DNA of 64,000 nt. Origin: Callorhinchus milii. Its lineage: Eukaryota. The stretch spans positions 21,762,001 to 21,826,000 of the forward strand of contig NW_024704746.1 in the NCBI RefSeq assembly GCF_018977255.1. Direction: 5' to 3'. Below, in pieces: positions 44,338 through 57,400 of this stretch. Position 1 is the stretch's first letter. Each line of letters starts with the position of its first letter. The translations under genes and the position numbers were made by a program. A model generated the notes under the pieces. That model was not told where the DNA came from. It worked only from the letters and a program-made list of their open reading frames with translations, and made no database searches.

Positions 44338-47300
44338 AGAATAAAATCTCGAAGTAAGCTTTTTTATTATTGGTTTCAAAAGAAGCGACAATCAGCCCCT
44401 GTGCAGTGCCTGATGTTATTTTCTATTTGTGCATTTGAATTAATCCTCTTTGATCCAGGAATGGCTAAAGCTGGAAACATTCTGCAAAAAGGCAATCCGG
44501 AAGCGGTAACAGATGTCTCTATACATTACAGTTTTATTTCCCTGCTGTTAAAACTGATGATATTAATTTGATGTCCTTGTCTCTCCCGAGTGAGCGAAAT
44601 CTCAGCCTTTCTGACATTTCTAAAAGAAAGTTTGAACAGTTCGGGCAGTCAAGATTGGAGACATCGATCCGTCGAACGCCAAGTTTATTTATAATGAGTC
44701 TTGCAGCTGTGGTGAAAGGCGCTGTGTAAAATACAAGGATTTTTATTATCAAAGTGATCTGCCCTTGCCAGTCAGGTTAGCAATGTGCATATGCGACCTG
44801 TTTTCATCTCACTGGCCACAGCAGGCCATTGAGCATAGTTCGCAACTCATTACCGCTGAGACTGCTGATTCCTAATCACAGCTCAACACCACAATCCACC
44901 CGGGAGACGGTGAAGGATGATCAAAGTGTATTGATTCAATTAGTCAGATTTGCCATCGGGTTCCTTCTGGTACCAACTTGTCCAAATCTTAAGTAAGGCT
45001 AAATATACCACTATACCATTGATCAGATCTTGTGCTTTGAACCTCGTTGTTACTTAAACCATAAGGTAGACAGGCCACACAGTGACAGGTGAATTATACA
45101 GTATCAAAATTTTACACTGATCTCATTGTCTCCTCCCTATCTTGTTCCTTTCCAAGACCTTAAGCCTGGTACTCCTCGCCACCCTCAGGCTTCTCTCCTT
45201 TCTTCAACCTCTATTGTAATCGACCACCCCTTCTTCATGAACGCTGTCAAAAAAAGTGCTTTTAGCCCATTTTTACAGATGAGGAAAATGCCAGTTCCCG
45301 AGACTGTTAAATGACATGATTGGTGCACTCAGCATTCTATTGAAGAACCGATTTCAGTTGGAAAATGGGAACAATCTGCTGCAAATATCATCCCCAGGAA
45401 GCTCTTTATCCTCAGTATAAATCACTTTGCCTTTGAAAAGATTGATTGGTATATAAAAAAAGCCACTCTGAACCTTGTACTGGGGCTCAGTAGATTAAGT
45501 GATATACCTCTAACCACCAAAGTTATTAAAAGTCTAGTCTCGTTTGGACCAAAGTGAAGTAAAGCGTTACAAAATGTTTGTCACAAACTCAGATGAAATT
45601 TGGGGGAGTAGGGCTAGTTGGTAACTCTTTCAAAGAGCCAGCACAGGCACGATGGGCCGAATGGCCTCCTTTTGCCCTGTAAGATTTTTCTGAGATTCTG
45701 CGCATTATAGAGCACACGTTATTCATATCAGCCACCTCATATCGACTCCCTCTATGGAGCACAGATCCCAGTATAAACTCCTAGCAGAGCACAGACATCT
45801 CACACAGATTTGCTGTACTGATCAAAGATTCTCAGCTATAAACTCTTCACGCAGATATCACACGATCACAAGCGAGAGATGTTAAGCTGAGGTCCCGTCT
45901 ACCTGTTTGGGTGGATGTTTAAGATCCCATGGGGATTACTGGAAAAGAGAAAGGAGTTTCTCTCTCCCGGTGTCCTGGCCTACAATCCCCCAGATAAAAT
46001 TGATCATTGACATCTTGGCTTTTTTTTGTAAAACCTCTTGGCTTTGTGCAAATTAGCTGCTGGGTTTTTCCTGCAAAAGACAACGTCACTACACTTTCCA
46101 GTAAATCCTGTGAAGCACTATGGGAATGGCCATCCAATATCTAAGGATTGATTATTATTTTTCAATCTGCGAGACCTGCAATCTGCAACCTGTGACCACA
46201 TCTTGTTCCGTGCCTCAGATTTTCAGTCAGCAACAACAACAACTTGCATTTACACAGCGCCTCTCACGCAGGGTTGCTTCCTAGAATGCCTGACAGTGGC
46301 AGAGCACGACACCGAGCCGGGAAAGTGACCGTAGGAAGAGGAAGGTCATCAGGCACGATCTGAAAATGGAGAAGGAGGGGGCGAGGCGGAGGGATAGGGG
46401 AAGATTGTTCGAGAGTTTGGGTCGTTTGAATCTGATTTGAACCAAGTCCTCTCCTGATAGTCTAGAAAAACGTGGTTGAAAAAAAAATCGGAAACAAAAT
46501 GAACTTCATCTGTTATTTTGCGTTACTTAATTAATGGCCCTTCATACAGATCATTAGCGACTGCCTGCTCCTTCAAAATAATTAGGTGAAGTCTTGCACG
46601 CTCCTGAAATATTTAGGTGATTTGAAGTTTGATAGCAGGGCTGAGCTGTGCGGTGAGAGCAACTTTTAACACTCAGAGGAGCTGTCGGATACTGGTGACC
46701 TAGAAAAAGTAATTGCCTTGTGCTCTATACCAGAAATTAGCATTTCTCCTCTATTGTGTCTTCTCGGTTTTCTTGCAGCTGATGAAAACAATTAAACTCA
46801 CTGATGCCTTAATTTGTATCGCCCAAGCACCATTTTCAGATGTTGCATCGAAGTTGATGTCCATTTGTTTTGAAGATAATTTATTTATTATTTATTTAAT
46901 CTCCAAAGGTTAGAGAAAATAATCCACTTATCGACTTCATCCAGCCTGGCACCCTGACCATTACATCCTGCTTCCATTTGTGAAAATGCCAAAGTCAGTC
47001 TGTGTGTTCCTGGTCTCTGATGGTATTAAATAACGAGGAAGGTGAATTAATTGACTTAAAAACTGCCTATTTTAATAAATAAAATTGATCATTCACTCCA
47101 TGGCTGTTTGTGGGATATTGCTGTGTGCAAAACTGGCTGCCACGTTTCGCCCACAAAATATACAGTCAAATCCATTCTGTAGTATATCCCACGAAGCACT
47201 TTGAGACGTCTTGACAACATGACAGTGACTGTACTTGCAGCCAATTTTGCGCGCAGCAACATCCCAGCCATGAAGTAAATGGCCGGTTTTAACTGGAGCA

Positions 47301-49002
47301 CTGTTGGCAAATTACATTCGCCTTAAATGTGAAGTAATGTGTATACCAGAGGAAGCGGGAGGAGGTATATCAAGTGCAAGGATTATCATAACTTGCCGTA
47401 CCAGTTTTCAGAGTTGTGAAGGTGTGGAATGCGCTGCTGATATGGTGCTGATGTGGAGATGTTTAAGAGAGGTGTGAGTAGTCAGAGGCATTAAGGGGTA
47501 TGGTGACAGGGAAGAGGGGCATTGGAATTAAAAGAGCTGCCTAATACACTGGTGGGACAGGCTTGATGGGCTGAATGGCCTCCTTCTGTTCATGTTTTCC
47601 AATGCTCCTATGAAATGCACTACATTTTGCAATTTGCACAATCTGCTCATCAATTTCTACAGCAGTTCCAGCTTTGCTTGTCTGCGATGGAATCAAGCGA
47701 TCTGATTAAAAGCAGTGACTATCTTCAATCCTACAGTCTAATGCCAGAGACATCTTAATTTTATATAACTCTGGCAACACAGAGCAGCAGGAAACCTATT
47801 ACACTAAGCACTGAACAGTCCCACAGGGTCATCCTGGTCCTTATTGATGAAACGCCACTCAGAAAATTAAATTGATTGGACCCAAACATCATCATTTTTA
47901 AAAATATGGAAAATAATCCTTGTTCCTGTTGCCCTCTCATGATACTGGCAGCCCAACTGCAACACGTTTTATATATTCGATGGCTATTTTCTTACTCTTC
48001 ATAATCCGTTGGTAAGAAATGTGTCAGCCTAGCTTGGTCTGTAGTTCTCTCTCTCAAAGTCCCTGCAATGGGACTTTGAAGTCACAAAGTCAAGGCTGAA
48101 GGGTCTGGGGGGTGTGCTGCGTTGTTGAAAGTATCTTCCTTCATATGAGATGTTATTCCAAGGTCCCATCTTCCTGTTCAGGTGGACGTTAAAGTTCTCG
48201 TGGGACTATTTGAAAAGAGAAGGGATTTTCTCCTGGTGTCCTGGTCAACAATCCCCCAAATAAAGTTGATCATTCACTTCATGGCTGTGGGACATTGCTG
48301 TGTGGAAAGTAACTGCATTGTTTGCCTCCATTATGAAGTACTTCGAGATGTCCTCCTGATGTGAAAGGCTCTGTGACCTATATCAGGATTAGTATTAATA
48401 TTATCCTCCTGAAGTGAATGATTCAATTGCAAACCTTGGGTCCTCAATTGAAAACAGTGAGTATCAACTGCAAAGGTTTTCCCTCAGAATTGGACATCAA
48501 TCAATCAGTCAATTAGCTACTCTTTCCAACCTGCAGTGAGGCTTCAAATGCTCTTCACACCGCGATTGTTAAACCGCAACAACTCTTCCTTCCCCGTGCA
48601 ATTGGAAAACACTCTTTGTTGTTCTCAGAAGTGCAGATGACTAGGTCAAAAGGTTTTCAGATCCCGGCATCTCTTCCATTCCAAAATAAAACCCTACGAG
48701 GTGAAGCATCACCAATGCGTTCAGCCAAAGTAAAAATGGGTTGGTCTCATTTTACTTCGCATTATACAGTATTTCACACTTGACCCACATGGTGTCGGTG
48801 TCAGCCGTCAGCCTGGCTCAGTTGCTAACACTCACGCCTCTGAGTCAGAAGGCTGTCGGCTCACAGCCCCACATCAAGACTTTGAACCCTGCAAACGACT
48901 GCAGGAATAAACTCAACCTGGGAAATGCTTAAGTCTTTTCATCAGCAGCGTCTATATGAAGATTGCATGTAGGGACTACTACCCTCAGATTAACATTGTT
49001 AA

Positions 49003-49533
49003 CACTGTTTGTGGGACATTGCTGTGCGCAATTGGCTGCCGCGTTCGCCTACAAATATACAATCAATTCACTTTACAGTGTGTTCTGTGAAGCGCTTTGG
49101 GACGTCCTCCCGACGTGAAAAGCGCTATATCAAATGCAAGGATTATTATTATTATTATTATTATTATTATTGTGGAGTCCTGTAGTTTAGTGGTTAGAGC
49201 ACTCGCCTCGCCAGCGAGAGGACTTGGGTTCGATTCCCGGGCAGGGCGAAATGCTGGGCAAGTTTCCTCACTTCACACGCTTCTGTTTACCCAACAGTAA
49301 GAAGGAACTCGGTTGTTAGTCAATAGGTGGATCACTTTTCCGGAGGTAATAATCCCTTCAAAAAAATATTTTAAAACATTTGGTCACCCAATCTGTGACT
49401 ATTTGTGGGCCGCTGCTGTGCACAATTGGCTGCTGCGTTTAACCCACAGTCAATTCACTTTACAGTATATTCTGTGAGGCGCTTTGAAGACGTGATAAGG
49501 CGCTATTATCAAATGCAAGGATTATTATTATTA
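49003..49533 (+). mobile_element. Head-to-tail SINE pair: truncated copy (49003-49170) followed by a full-length copy (49172-49533)
   Basis: Second tRNA head (TAGTTTAGTGG ... GGTTCGATTCC) begins directly in the (ATT)n tail of the first. Confidence 0.85.
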
Positions 49534-50643
49534 AGGATTATATAGTCCTAACTGTTCTAATAATCATTCCGCCAGTAAGTCGACAGCTCATTTCAGGAAA
49601 TCCTTCAGGCTTTTCTGTCAAGATGTATCCATAGCAGAGGATTTGCGAATTGCCAGTGAAAACAGATTCTTTCACTATATGCAAATCAGAACAAATTCAC
49701 ACAGAAGGCTGTAGAATTAATGCCCCAGCCACGTTCTGGTAGCTGCTTGAAGGCATCTTCCCTTCGCTGTCAGGTAGAAATCTTCTCCATCGCTGCAGCA
49801 ATGTGAAACACGGAAGAAATCAGCACAAGATTAATCCTTGCCTTCAGTATAGTCCTTTCAAGCAGGGAAAGTGTCTGTCGTAAAGAGTTTCACAGGGTTT
49901 GCTGTAAAGTGTAGTAACTGTTATTTTATTTGTAGGCAAACGCAACAGCCAATTTGCACACAGCAATGTCCCACAGTCAGACGGGAAGTGAACGATCAAT
50001 TTTATTTGGGGGGGGGGTTTGTTGGCCAACAGCTTTACTAACCTTGGCCCTGTACCAACCTGTCCGCTCCCTCTGCTCGGCGGGCACTGGCTTGCTCCAC
50101 ATTCCCCCGCCCTGTCTGCTCCACCATCAGCGGTCAGGCCTTCAGCTTTTCTGCCCCCACCTTAGACCATGCATCTTCCCACTCCCACCCTTCCTTGCCA
50201 CCCAAAGCTCTTGATTCCAACCCCCAGCTTGGGGGCAAACTTTTTACTCCAGCGCCTGGGGACATCCTCCCAACATGAAAAGCGTTATATAAATGCAATT
50301 TGTTGTTGTTGTTGTTGTGGCAGGACACAGGGAGAAACTTCCTCCACAGCACAGATAAACCCAGATCATGCACTGAAGCCCGAACGTACACCTCGGCACG
50401 ACGTAAATAGAAACGGTTTGGTGTAAACTTCTATGTTTCTCGCTAAAAAACGGTGACGTATTCTGCAGGAATCACACTTGTGTTTATTTTGTAAACGATT
50501 CATTTGCAGTGACGTCCACAGGGGAAAGATCAACAATCGGGCCGTGACGCAATCTATTTATGCTGAGTTGATTCCCGAGATGAACAGCAGTGTGACGGAA
50601 AACTACAGACGGAAAACACATTTGCCTCTAGTTATTTATCACC

Positions 50644-50777
50644 NNNNNNNNNNNNNNNNNNNNNNNNNNNNNNNNNNNNNNNNNNNNNNNNNNNNNNNNN
50701 NNNNNNNNNNNNNNNNNNNNNNNNNNNNNNNNNNNNNNNNNNNNNNNNNNNNNNNNNNNNNNNNNNNNNNNNNNNNN
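50644..50777. other. Assembly gap
   Basis: Run of N. Confidence 1.
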
Positions 50778-51355
50778 CTGACAGCTTTTATTTTTACATT
50801 TTGCACGTCCTGGCTGCGATGACGGTGTTCCACTCGCAACTAGTCTGCGTGCAAAACACAATAACACCTGCAGACACACACTATCAGGAGGTCTCGGTCG
50901 CTCCTTCGAGCAGCAGTTAAACTTCCTGCCGGCTGTGATCTGCTTCATCTGGAATACATTAGCGCGCCCTGTCTAATGCCCTGCCAATTGCGTTGGCGTT
51001 GTGTTCTGCATCCTGATTGATGTGGTTCATGCAGCGTGATTGTAGGGTGAATTAACATGTCTGGGTAGACAGTGAGTGTGCTATGTGGATCAGACTCCTC
51101 CACTGTCAAGCGCTCCGGGACTCTACCCCACGTGAAGGGCACGATATAAACGCAAGTTGCTTTTGTTAAGAAGACAAGTTGCCCATACTCACTGATGGCT
51201 ACAGCCCATTACCAACTAACTTTGGGAACCCGCCGAGGATGACGATAGATTCCAAACCTGCTCAAATCCTTTCGATGGATGTGAGCATAATAAATAATTA
51301 TCAAAAAAAAATGTTAAAAAGTAATAATGTTCAATTTACAGAAGATGCTTTAAAA

Positions 51356-51413
51356 TAAATTGACTGTATATTTTGTGAATTGACTGTATATTTTGTGAAT
51401 TGACTGTATATTT
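51356..51413. repeat. 20-bp unit tandem triplication derived from the SINE body (aattgactgtatattttgtg)
   Basis: Three consecutive copies; the unit matches the SINE consensus segment. Confidence 0.85.
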
Positions 51414-54400
51414 CTTCCTGATTTGCTGAGTGACTGCAGCACTGATGGTCAAGTAATGTATCTGGGTGCAGATGAGTTTTTCCTTGAAGTGACAATCTCT
51501 CAGCCACTGTTCAAAGCCGATCAACAAACCTGTTGTGCTCCTCACCAGCCAGGAGGCCTCTGTCTGGCCTAAGAGGACACAGTAGGTGGCAGGAATTAAC
51601 CTCAGGTCAGTCCCAATGCGACAAAATAAAGTTTGGATCAATTAAGTTAAAGAATAAAGAGAGACTAAGTGATTTAATTGCAGAACTTTAGCCTCATCAT
51701 TCTGGAGAACGAAAGGGACTCTCACAGAGAGGTAGTCTCCAGGGACAATAGTTTGGTGTCTCCATGTGCCATTTAAGCTCGTAGCAAGAGAGTTGATTGA
51801 TTATTGATTTTGTACCCACTTGGTTGCTGTGACTCCATAGCTACTGCACATGGAGCAACACCCTTTGCTGCTACTGGATTTAATGACTCGCTCGCCATGA
51901 TTTCCATGGCAATGATGAGAAGACCGACTGAGATTCATTATCGCCGAGAGATCTTTCCCTAAACCCTATTTGAGACGCTCAGATAATAAATAAAATCTCG
52001 GCAGGCCCCGGATAGAAACATAGAAATTTACAGCACAGACGAAGGCCATTTGGACCATCGTGTCTATTAAGAGCAATCCTTTCAGTCCCCTTTACCTGCC
52101 CTTTTCCCCATACCCTGTGTCAAAGGAAGTAACAAAGCTTGGCTTTCTTGCGATACCATACTTATTACTTGCGGTTAAATCGAAGACTAGATGAGGCATT
52201 TTTTTAAAGAAAATTCTTGGATGGCTTCCAGGCTTTTACAAGTACATTTCTATATAATAACTGTGCTCTGGTAGGTGTTACCCTTCACTGTAGCATAACG
52301 AGAGGAAACTCAATGTGCCAACTCCACGTACCTGTGGGGCTTTCTGCTTCTCTTGTCAGCTCAACTCTCGGCAGCTCTCTGGCTGGATATTTATCGTATC
52401 CACGGGCTATCATTTAGAATGCACCTGCCCTCCTGAAAGGAACACACCGTGGAAAAGCTCTATTACTTTCAACACTCTCTGTCTTGTGTGCAGTTGCGTC
52501 TCTCTCTTCAAAAGGCCAGTATAGTAACAATAATAAATAATAATCCTTGCATTTGATCACATAGCCCCTGATCACATGCCTGAGACGTCTCAAAGCGCTT
52601 CACAGAATACACTGTAAAGTGAATTGATGGTGTATTTTTGTGGGCGAAACGATAGGACTGGAGAGACGTCACAATGTGCAAGAAGCGAGACAATCTGATG
52701 GTGGAACCGGTTGACCACACTGGTGCTTCACCAACGCAAGCTGGGTTTCACTGGAGCGTGACTAACGGATTAAAAGTCTCTTTTAGCTGTAACTTTCCTG
52801 TGACAAGAATGTTTGCTCTGTCACTTCAAAGTGTGTGTAATATGTGTGTGTGTGTGTGTGGGGGTGGGGGGTGGGGGGGTGGGGGGCTCACAATACAAAC
52901 TGTCAAATCAATGCAAAGCTGTTGTCAACAAAACTATTCACCTAAGTCACAGAGACAACTGAAGGCAAGTCAAAACAGGCTGTATCAACCCTGTGCCGCT
53001 GAATGCTAAGATAACTTTTAGAACACACCGAGAAATCTCAGACGCTTCTATTTCTATTTCAAGAGGACTTTGACCCACTTTGGAGAGGGTTCAGGGGGCA
53101 ACTGGGATGATTGCGTTAAGTAATGCGTTGACTCACTCAGGACTGAACCTGTTTTCAATGGAGAAAGGAAGATTGATAAGGGGACACGATTCAGCTTTAG
53201 AAACGTGTGCGGCAAGGATAATGTGGATGTAAGCAGATATTTAACTTAGCCCCGTCACTGCAGAAGTAGAGGAAATAAGTATAAAATTAACCAGCCTTCA
53301 AGTGAGATTAGAATTTCTCCCCCCTCCACAGAAAGGTGGATTGACGAATCAGCCCCCAGGAAAAGTACTTAATACTGGGCCAATTAATCTGCTTTTAAAA
53401 GGAGCTGGATAAATATCCATTTCGGAATGAGATTGAACGCTGTAAGGATGAGCCTAGTCACAGATGGTTAAGTACTCTATGCAACATAAAGGTTTATGCA
53501 CTGCAGGAATCATGCACAAGTAATTATAGACTGAAGCTGATCAGAGTTGTAGCCTGATGTAGAATATTCTGTAGTTTTCCTTTAACACCTACTGAGACTT
53601 GGGGAGAAATTGACCAGAGCTATACATTTTCTGGACTCTTATTCTGCTCTGCTATATGTTATTCTATGCATTATGTCTGGCACACCAACCTCTTTTTGCT
53701 AAGGTTTAGGGAAAGCTCTCACACAATTTTGAAAATAGAATTTCACACTTTACAGTTTACAGGGAATGTAATTCCAACTGGGAACAGATTGGATGAGATG
53801 TTACACCGAGATCCCTGTTCAGGTGAACGTTAAAATTAGCTTCTATTTTGAAAAGAGAGTTTCTCCTTGTGTTTTGGCCAACAATAAAGAAAATTGGTCA
53901 TTCATTTCATGGCTGTTTGTGGGACATTGTCATGTGCAAAATGGCTGCTGCATTTGCCTTACAAAATACACAGCCAGTGCATATTTTACAGTGTATCCTG
54001 AGAAGTGTATTCTCCTGAGGTGAAAGGCATTATATCACTGTCAGGATTATTATTATATTTACTATTTTCTTAGCATTCCAGAGTTCAACTAAATATACAA
54101 TCAATTCAACTTGACAGTATATTCTGTGAAGCGCTTTCAGACGTCTCGAAGAAGCGATAAAGCGCTATGTCAAATGCCAGGATTATTATATTATAACTTC
54201 CCTTGTACTGTTCTGTACAGATGTTATGTCTGCTGGAGTTGCATCTCTTCTAATTTACATTTTAAGTGAAGCAGTCAATGATCTAACTCATTCTCCAGTG
54301 ATCAGGCGTTCTCTATAGTTGTTAATGAGGTTATTAACCTTCCAGCATGTCTTTGATCTGCCGTTCCTGTCAATTTTAAGCGGCTGTAGGATTCGCCCAG

Positions 54401-57400
54401 GGATTTATTAATGGCTTGTCACTCTCCACCTGTGCACTGAACACCTACAGCCAAAGTTTCAGGGAGCCGTTGTTCCCATTCCAGAGCACAGGCCACTTGT
54501 TCAAAATCATGAGATTGTTTAAAAAATATAATCCTTGCATCTGATATATGCCCACAAGATATACAGTATATTCCATGAAGCGCTTTCAGACGTCTCGAAG
54601 ACGTGATAAGGCGCTATATCAAATGCAAGTATTATTATTATTATATAGCGCCTTTCGCATCAGGAGGACATTTCAAAGTGCTTCACAGGATTTTACCATA
54701 AAGTGTAGTGATTGTGAGTTTTTACAGTGAATGTATCAGCTATGAAGTGAATCATCAATTTTATCTTGGTGGTTTGATGGTCAGGACACCAGAGGAAAGG
54801 GAGCTTCTCTTTCCAAACAGTGGCCAGCTGTCTTTAACGTCCATCTGGACAAGCAGGAGAGACTTCAGTCTCATATTCCATCCAAAGGACGGCATCTCCA
54901 AACATACCCCCAGCACTCTAACGAACTGTCAGAGTAGGAGTCCAATGTGGGGCTGGAACCCACAACCTTCCGACTCAGAGATGATAGTGATCCCAACTCT
55001 GCCAGGCTGAACAAAGCCAATTTAATTTCCCCGTTTCCAGAAAGCCCACACATTGCTGTCCCCATTACAGCACTGTGCTATTTCTTAAATGAATCCAGTA
55101 TCCTGGCCCCAACCAACCTTTCCTCGTAACCCATTTCCAATTGTTAATTACCCTTTGTGTAAAGGAATACTTCCTGGCGTCTGCCCTGAAATTGCCCATC
55201 CTATCCCCGAAGATATGCTGTGATTGCAGTACAACTACAATAGGGGGAATATTTGTTAGATCAGCATATCGAGGGATACGGGGCAAGGGCAGGTAATTGG
55301 ACTTGAGGTACGATCAGCCATGATCTTATAGAATGGCGGAACAGGCTCGAGGGGCTGAATGGCCTGTTTCTATGTATCTATCCTGCTGTCTTGCAATGTA
55401 TTATTGCGGGTTTACTTTCTCAATCCCATTTAATATTTCAATTTTCTGCAGACATTTCGCGGGATAGACAGACAGCTGGTGACAGGACCCCCCCCCTGAG
55501 AACCCACGCAATAATGCTTCTGAACTTCAATCAGAATTCAACATTGTGACTTTACCGCAGGTCTGCGGTTAATGGCCACTCATTAATCAACCAGACACTT
55601 AAGTACTGCGGCACAACTACAATAGGGGGGGATGTTATACAAGGAATGAGAAGGTTAATGGCTTGTTTTGTGATTGTGCAACACAGTAATCACCGAACAA
55701 TGATTTTCCGCTGTTCTGTTAAACGTGGATTGTTGTGTAGTTGACATTGCTGTCATTCAGTTCAGCAATTGTCTGCATTTACTGACGTGCTTTTGAGCAA
55801 TAGTCTGGTTTCCTTCTGTGGCTTCTGTGTTTACAGTCCAATGGAATGGTGCGTCACGAGAACCCAATTACACCTACGACTCACTCACAACCACACAGTC
55901 ACTACACTTCACAGTAAGTCCTGTGAAGCCCTTGAAGACAAGTCCTGTAATGTATAGGTGAGAGCACTCACCTTGCCAGGAGAGGACCCGGGTTTGATTT
56001 CCGGTCAGAGCGAAACCTTAGTCAGGTTTTCTTACTCCACGCACCTCTGTTTACTCAGCAGTAAGTAGGAACCCGGTTGCTTGTCGATTGCCGGATCGCT
56101 TTATGTTTTGTGAGCGAAACACGGCAGCCAATTGCACACAGTTGGGCACTGGTCAAACAAACAGTCGTGGATTAACTGACCAAATTATTATTTTTATTTT
56201 ATTATTAAGATAGTGAAGTCCATTTCCCAGCTGCTTGTGATGAAACCTGGGCATTGACCTCCTGGCACGCAACACACTGCATCACCAACACGGAGACTCT
56301 GCCCACATTCAACTCAGAAACCCTTCACTCACACAAAGAGCTGTTCCTCTCTGTCGTGCACCTCCTCGGTCAGTTCCATTTGCTTGAGCTGCATTAACTT
56401 CAAACAACAATAACTTTAAGGGACGCTAGGTATAATTCAAAGCCCTCCTGACCTAACTGACAAATGTGAGCAGGCAGCTGAAAATAAAGGGATTAGCACG
56501 GATGACGTTGGAAGAGGTGCATTTTGACTTGCAAACATGTGCTCAAAGTGAAAAATTGGACAGAGTTAGACTGCCATAAAAATGAATGGGGGGTGTATTG
56601 TCTTCTGTGCACAGTTAGCTTGAGAGTGATGTAATAGTGAGTAAGTATTAATGGGTGGAGAGAGGGATTAAGGCATTTTTACATGATGTAAATTTCCCAC
56701 TGGACGATGCAGTTTTGGAACTAACCCTCTAATCTCATAGGAATGGTTTGGCAGACAAGCTCAATTTCTTGCCCCTCGACTCTGTATTCAGTGACTCTCT
56801 GGGTATAAAGAGGTTAAAAATCCTTGTAGATTAAAATATTGGATGAAACAGGCTTCAGCGCACGCAAGCGCTTGTTTCATTCATGAGCCTCAAACAACAA
56901 GTTGTATTGCAACGTCTGCTGACCTCCCGGATGCTATGGTAACAGATAATTACCGTTCAAACCAAGTGGTGGGTTTATTGTCACTGATGGTTTCAGGATT
57001 CACAAGATCACAGGATTGTTTCAGATGAAGAAAGCCCTTCAGCTCATCTTGATCTCATCCTTCCAGAATACCCACTCTCCTGTCCTCCCATCACAACATC
57101 GAACTGTTTTTTTATATAACTTTAAAGAGGATGTCTGCCGTGATTGTATGCTTAGCAGACTGAACTGAGATCTTTCCCCGAATGTGTAGGAGCATTTTGA
57201 AAGCTGCTTAACAGTTTGAGATAGTTAAAATAGCTCCCGAGGCAAAATCAATAAGGGGCAGGCCAAATAATATGCAAGCTCCCCTTCCCAACACTGGAGC
57301 ACATCGGAAAGAATAAGTCTCCTCAAATATAGACGGTCCTCCAAGGAGTTCTGCTTATAAAATGCTGCTTCTCTCTCCCAAATGGTACCCGAATGCTGGT

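Noticed and set aside
44534-44752. 72-aa minus-strand ORF with CxxC (LDCPNCSNF)
   Set aside because: It begins in an antisense SINE tail, has no donor or recognised family, and cannot be linked in frame to neighbouring candidate exons.
46819-46863. Minus-strand peptide WTSTSMQHLKMVLGR resembling spexin (NWTPQAMLYLKGAQGRR)
   Set aside because: The frame is closed by stops on both sides, has no AG acceptor between the upstream stop and the Trp, and lacks dibasic sites and a signal-peptide exon; this level of match is plausible by chance in six frames of 64 kb.
51356-51413. CRISPR-like repeat array
   Set aside because: Contiguous 20-bp tandem copies without spacers, SINE-derived, in a vertebrate genome.
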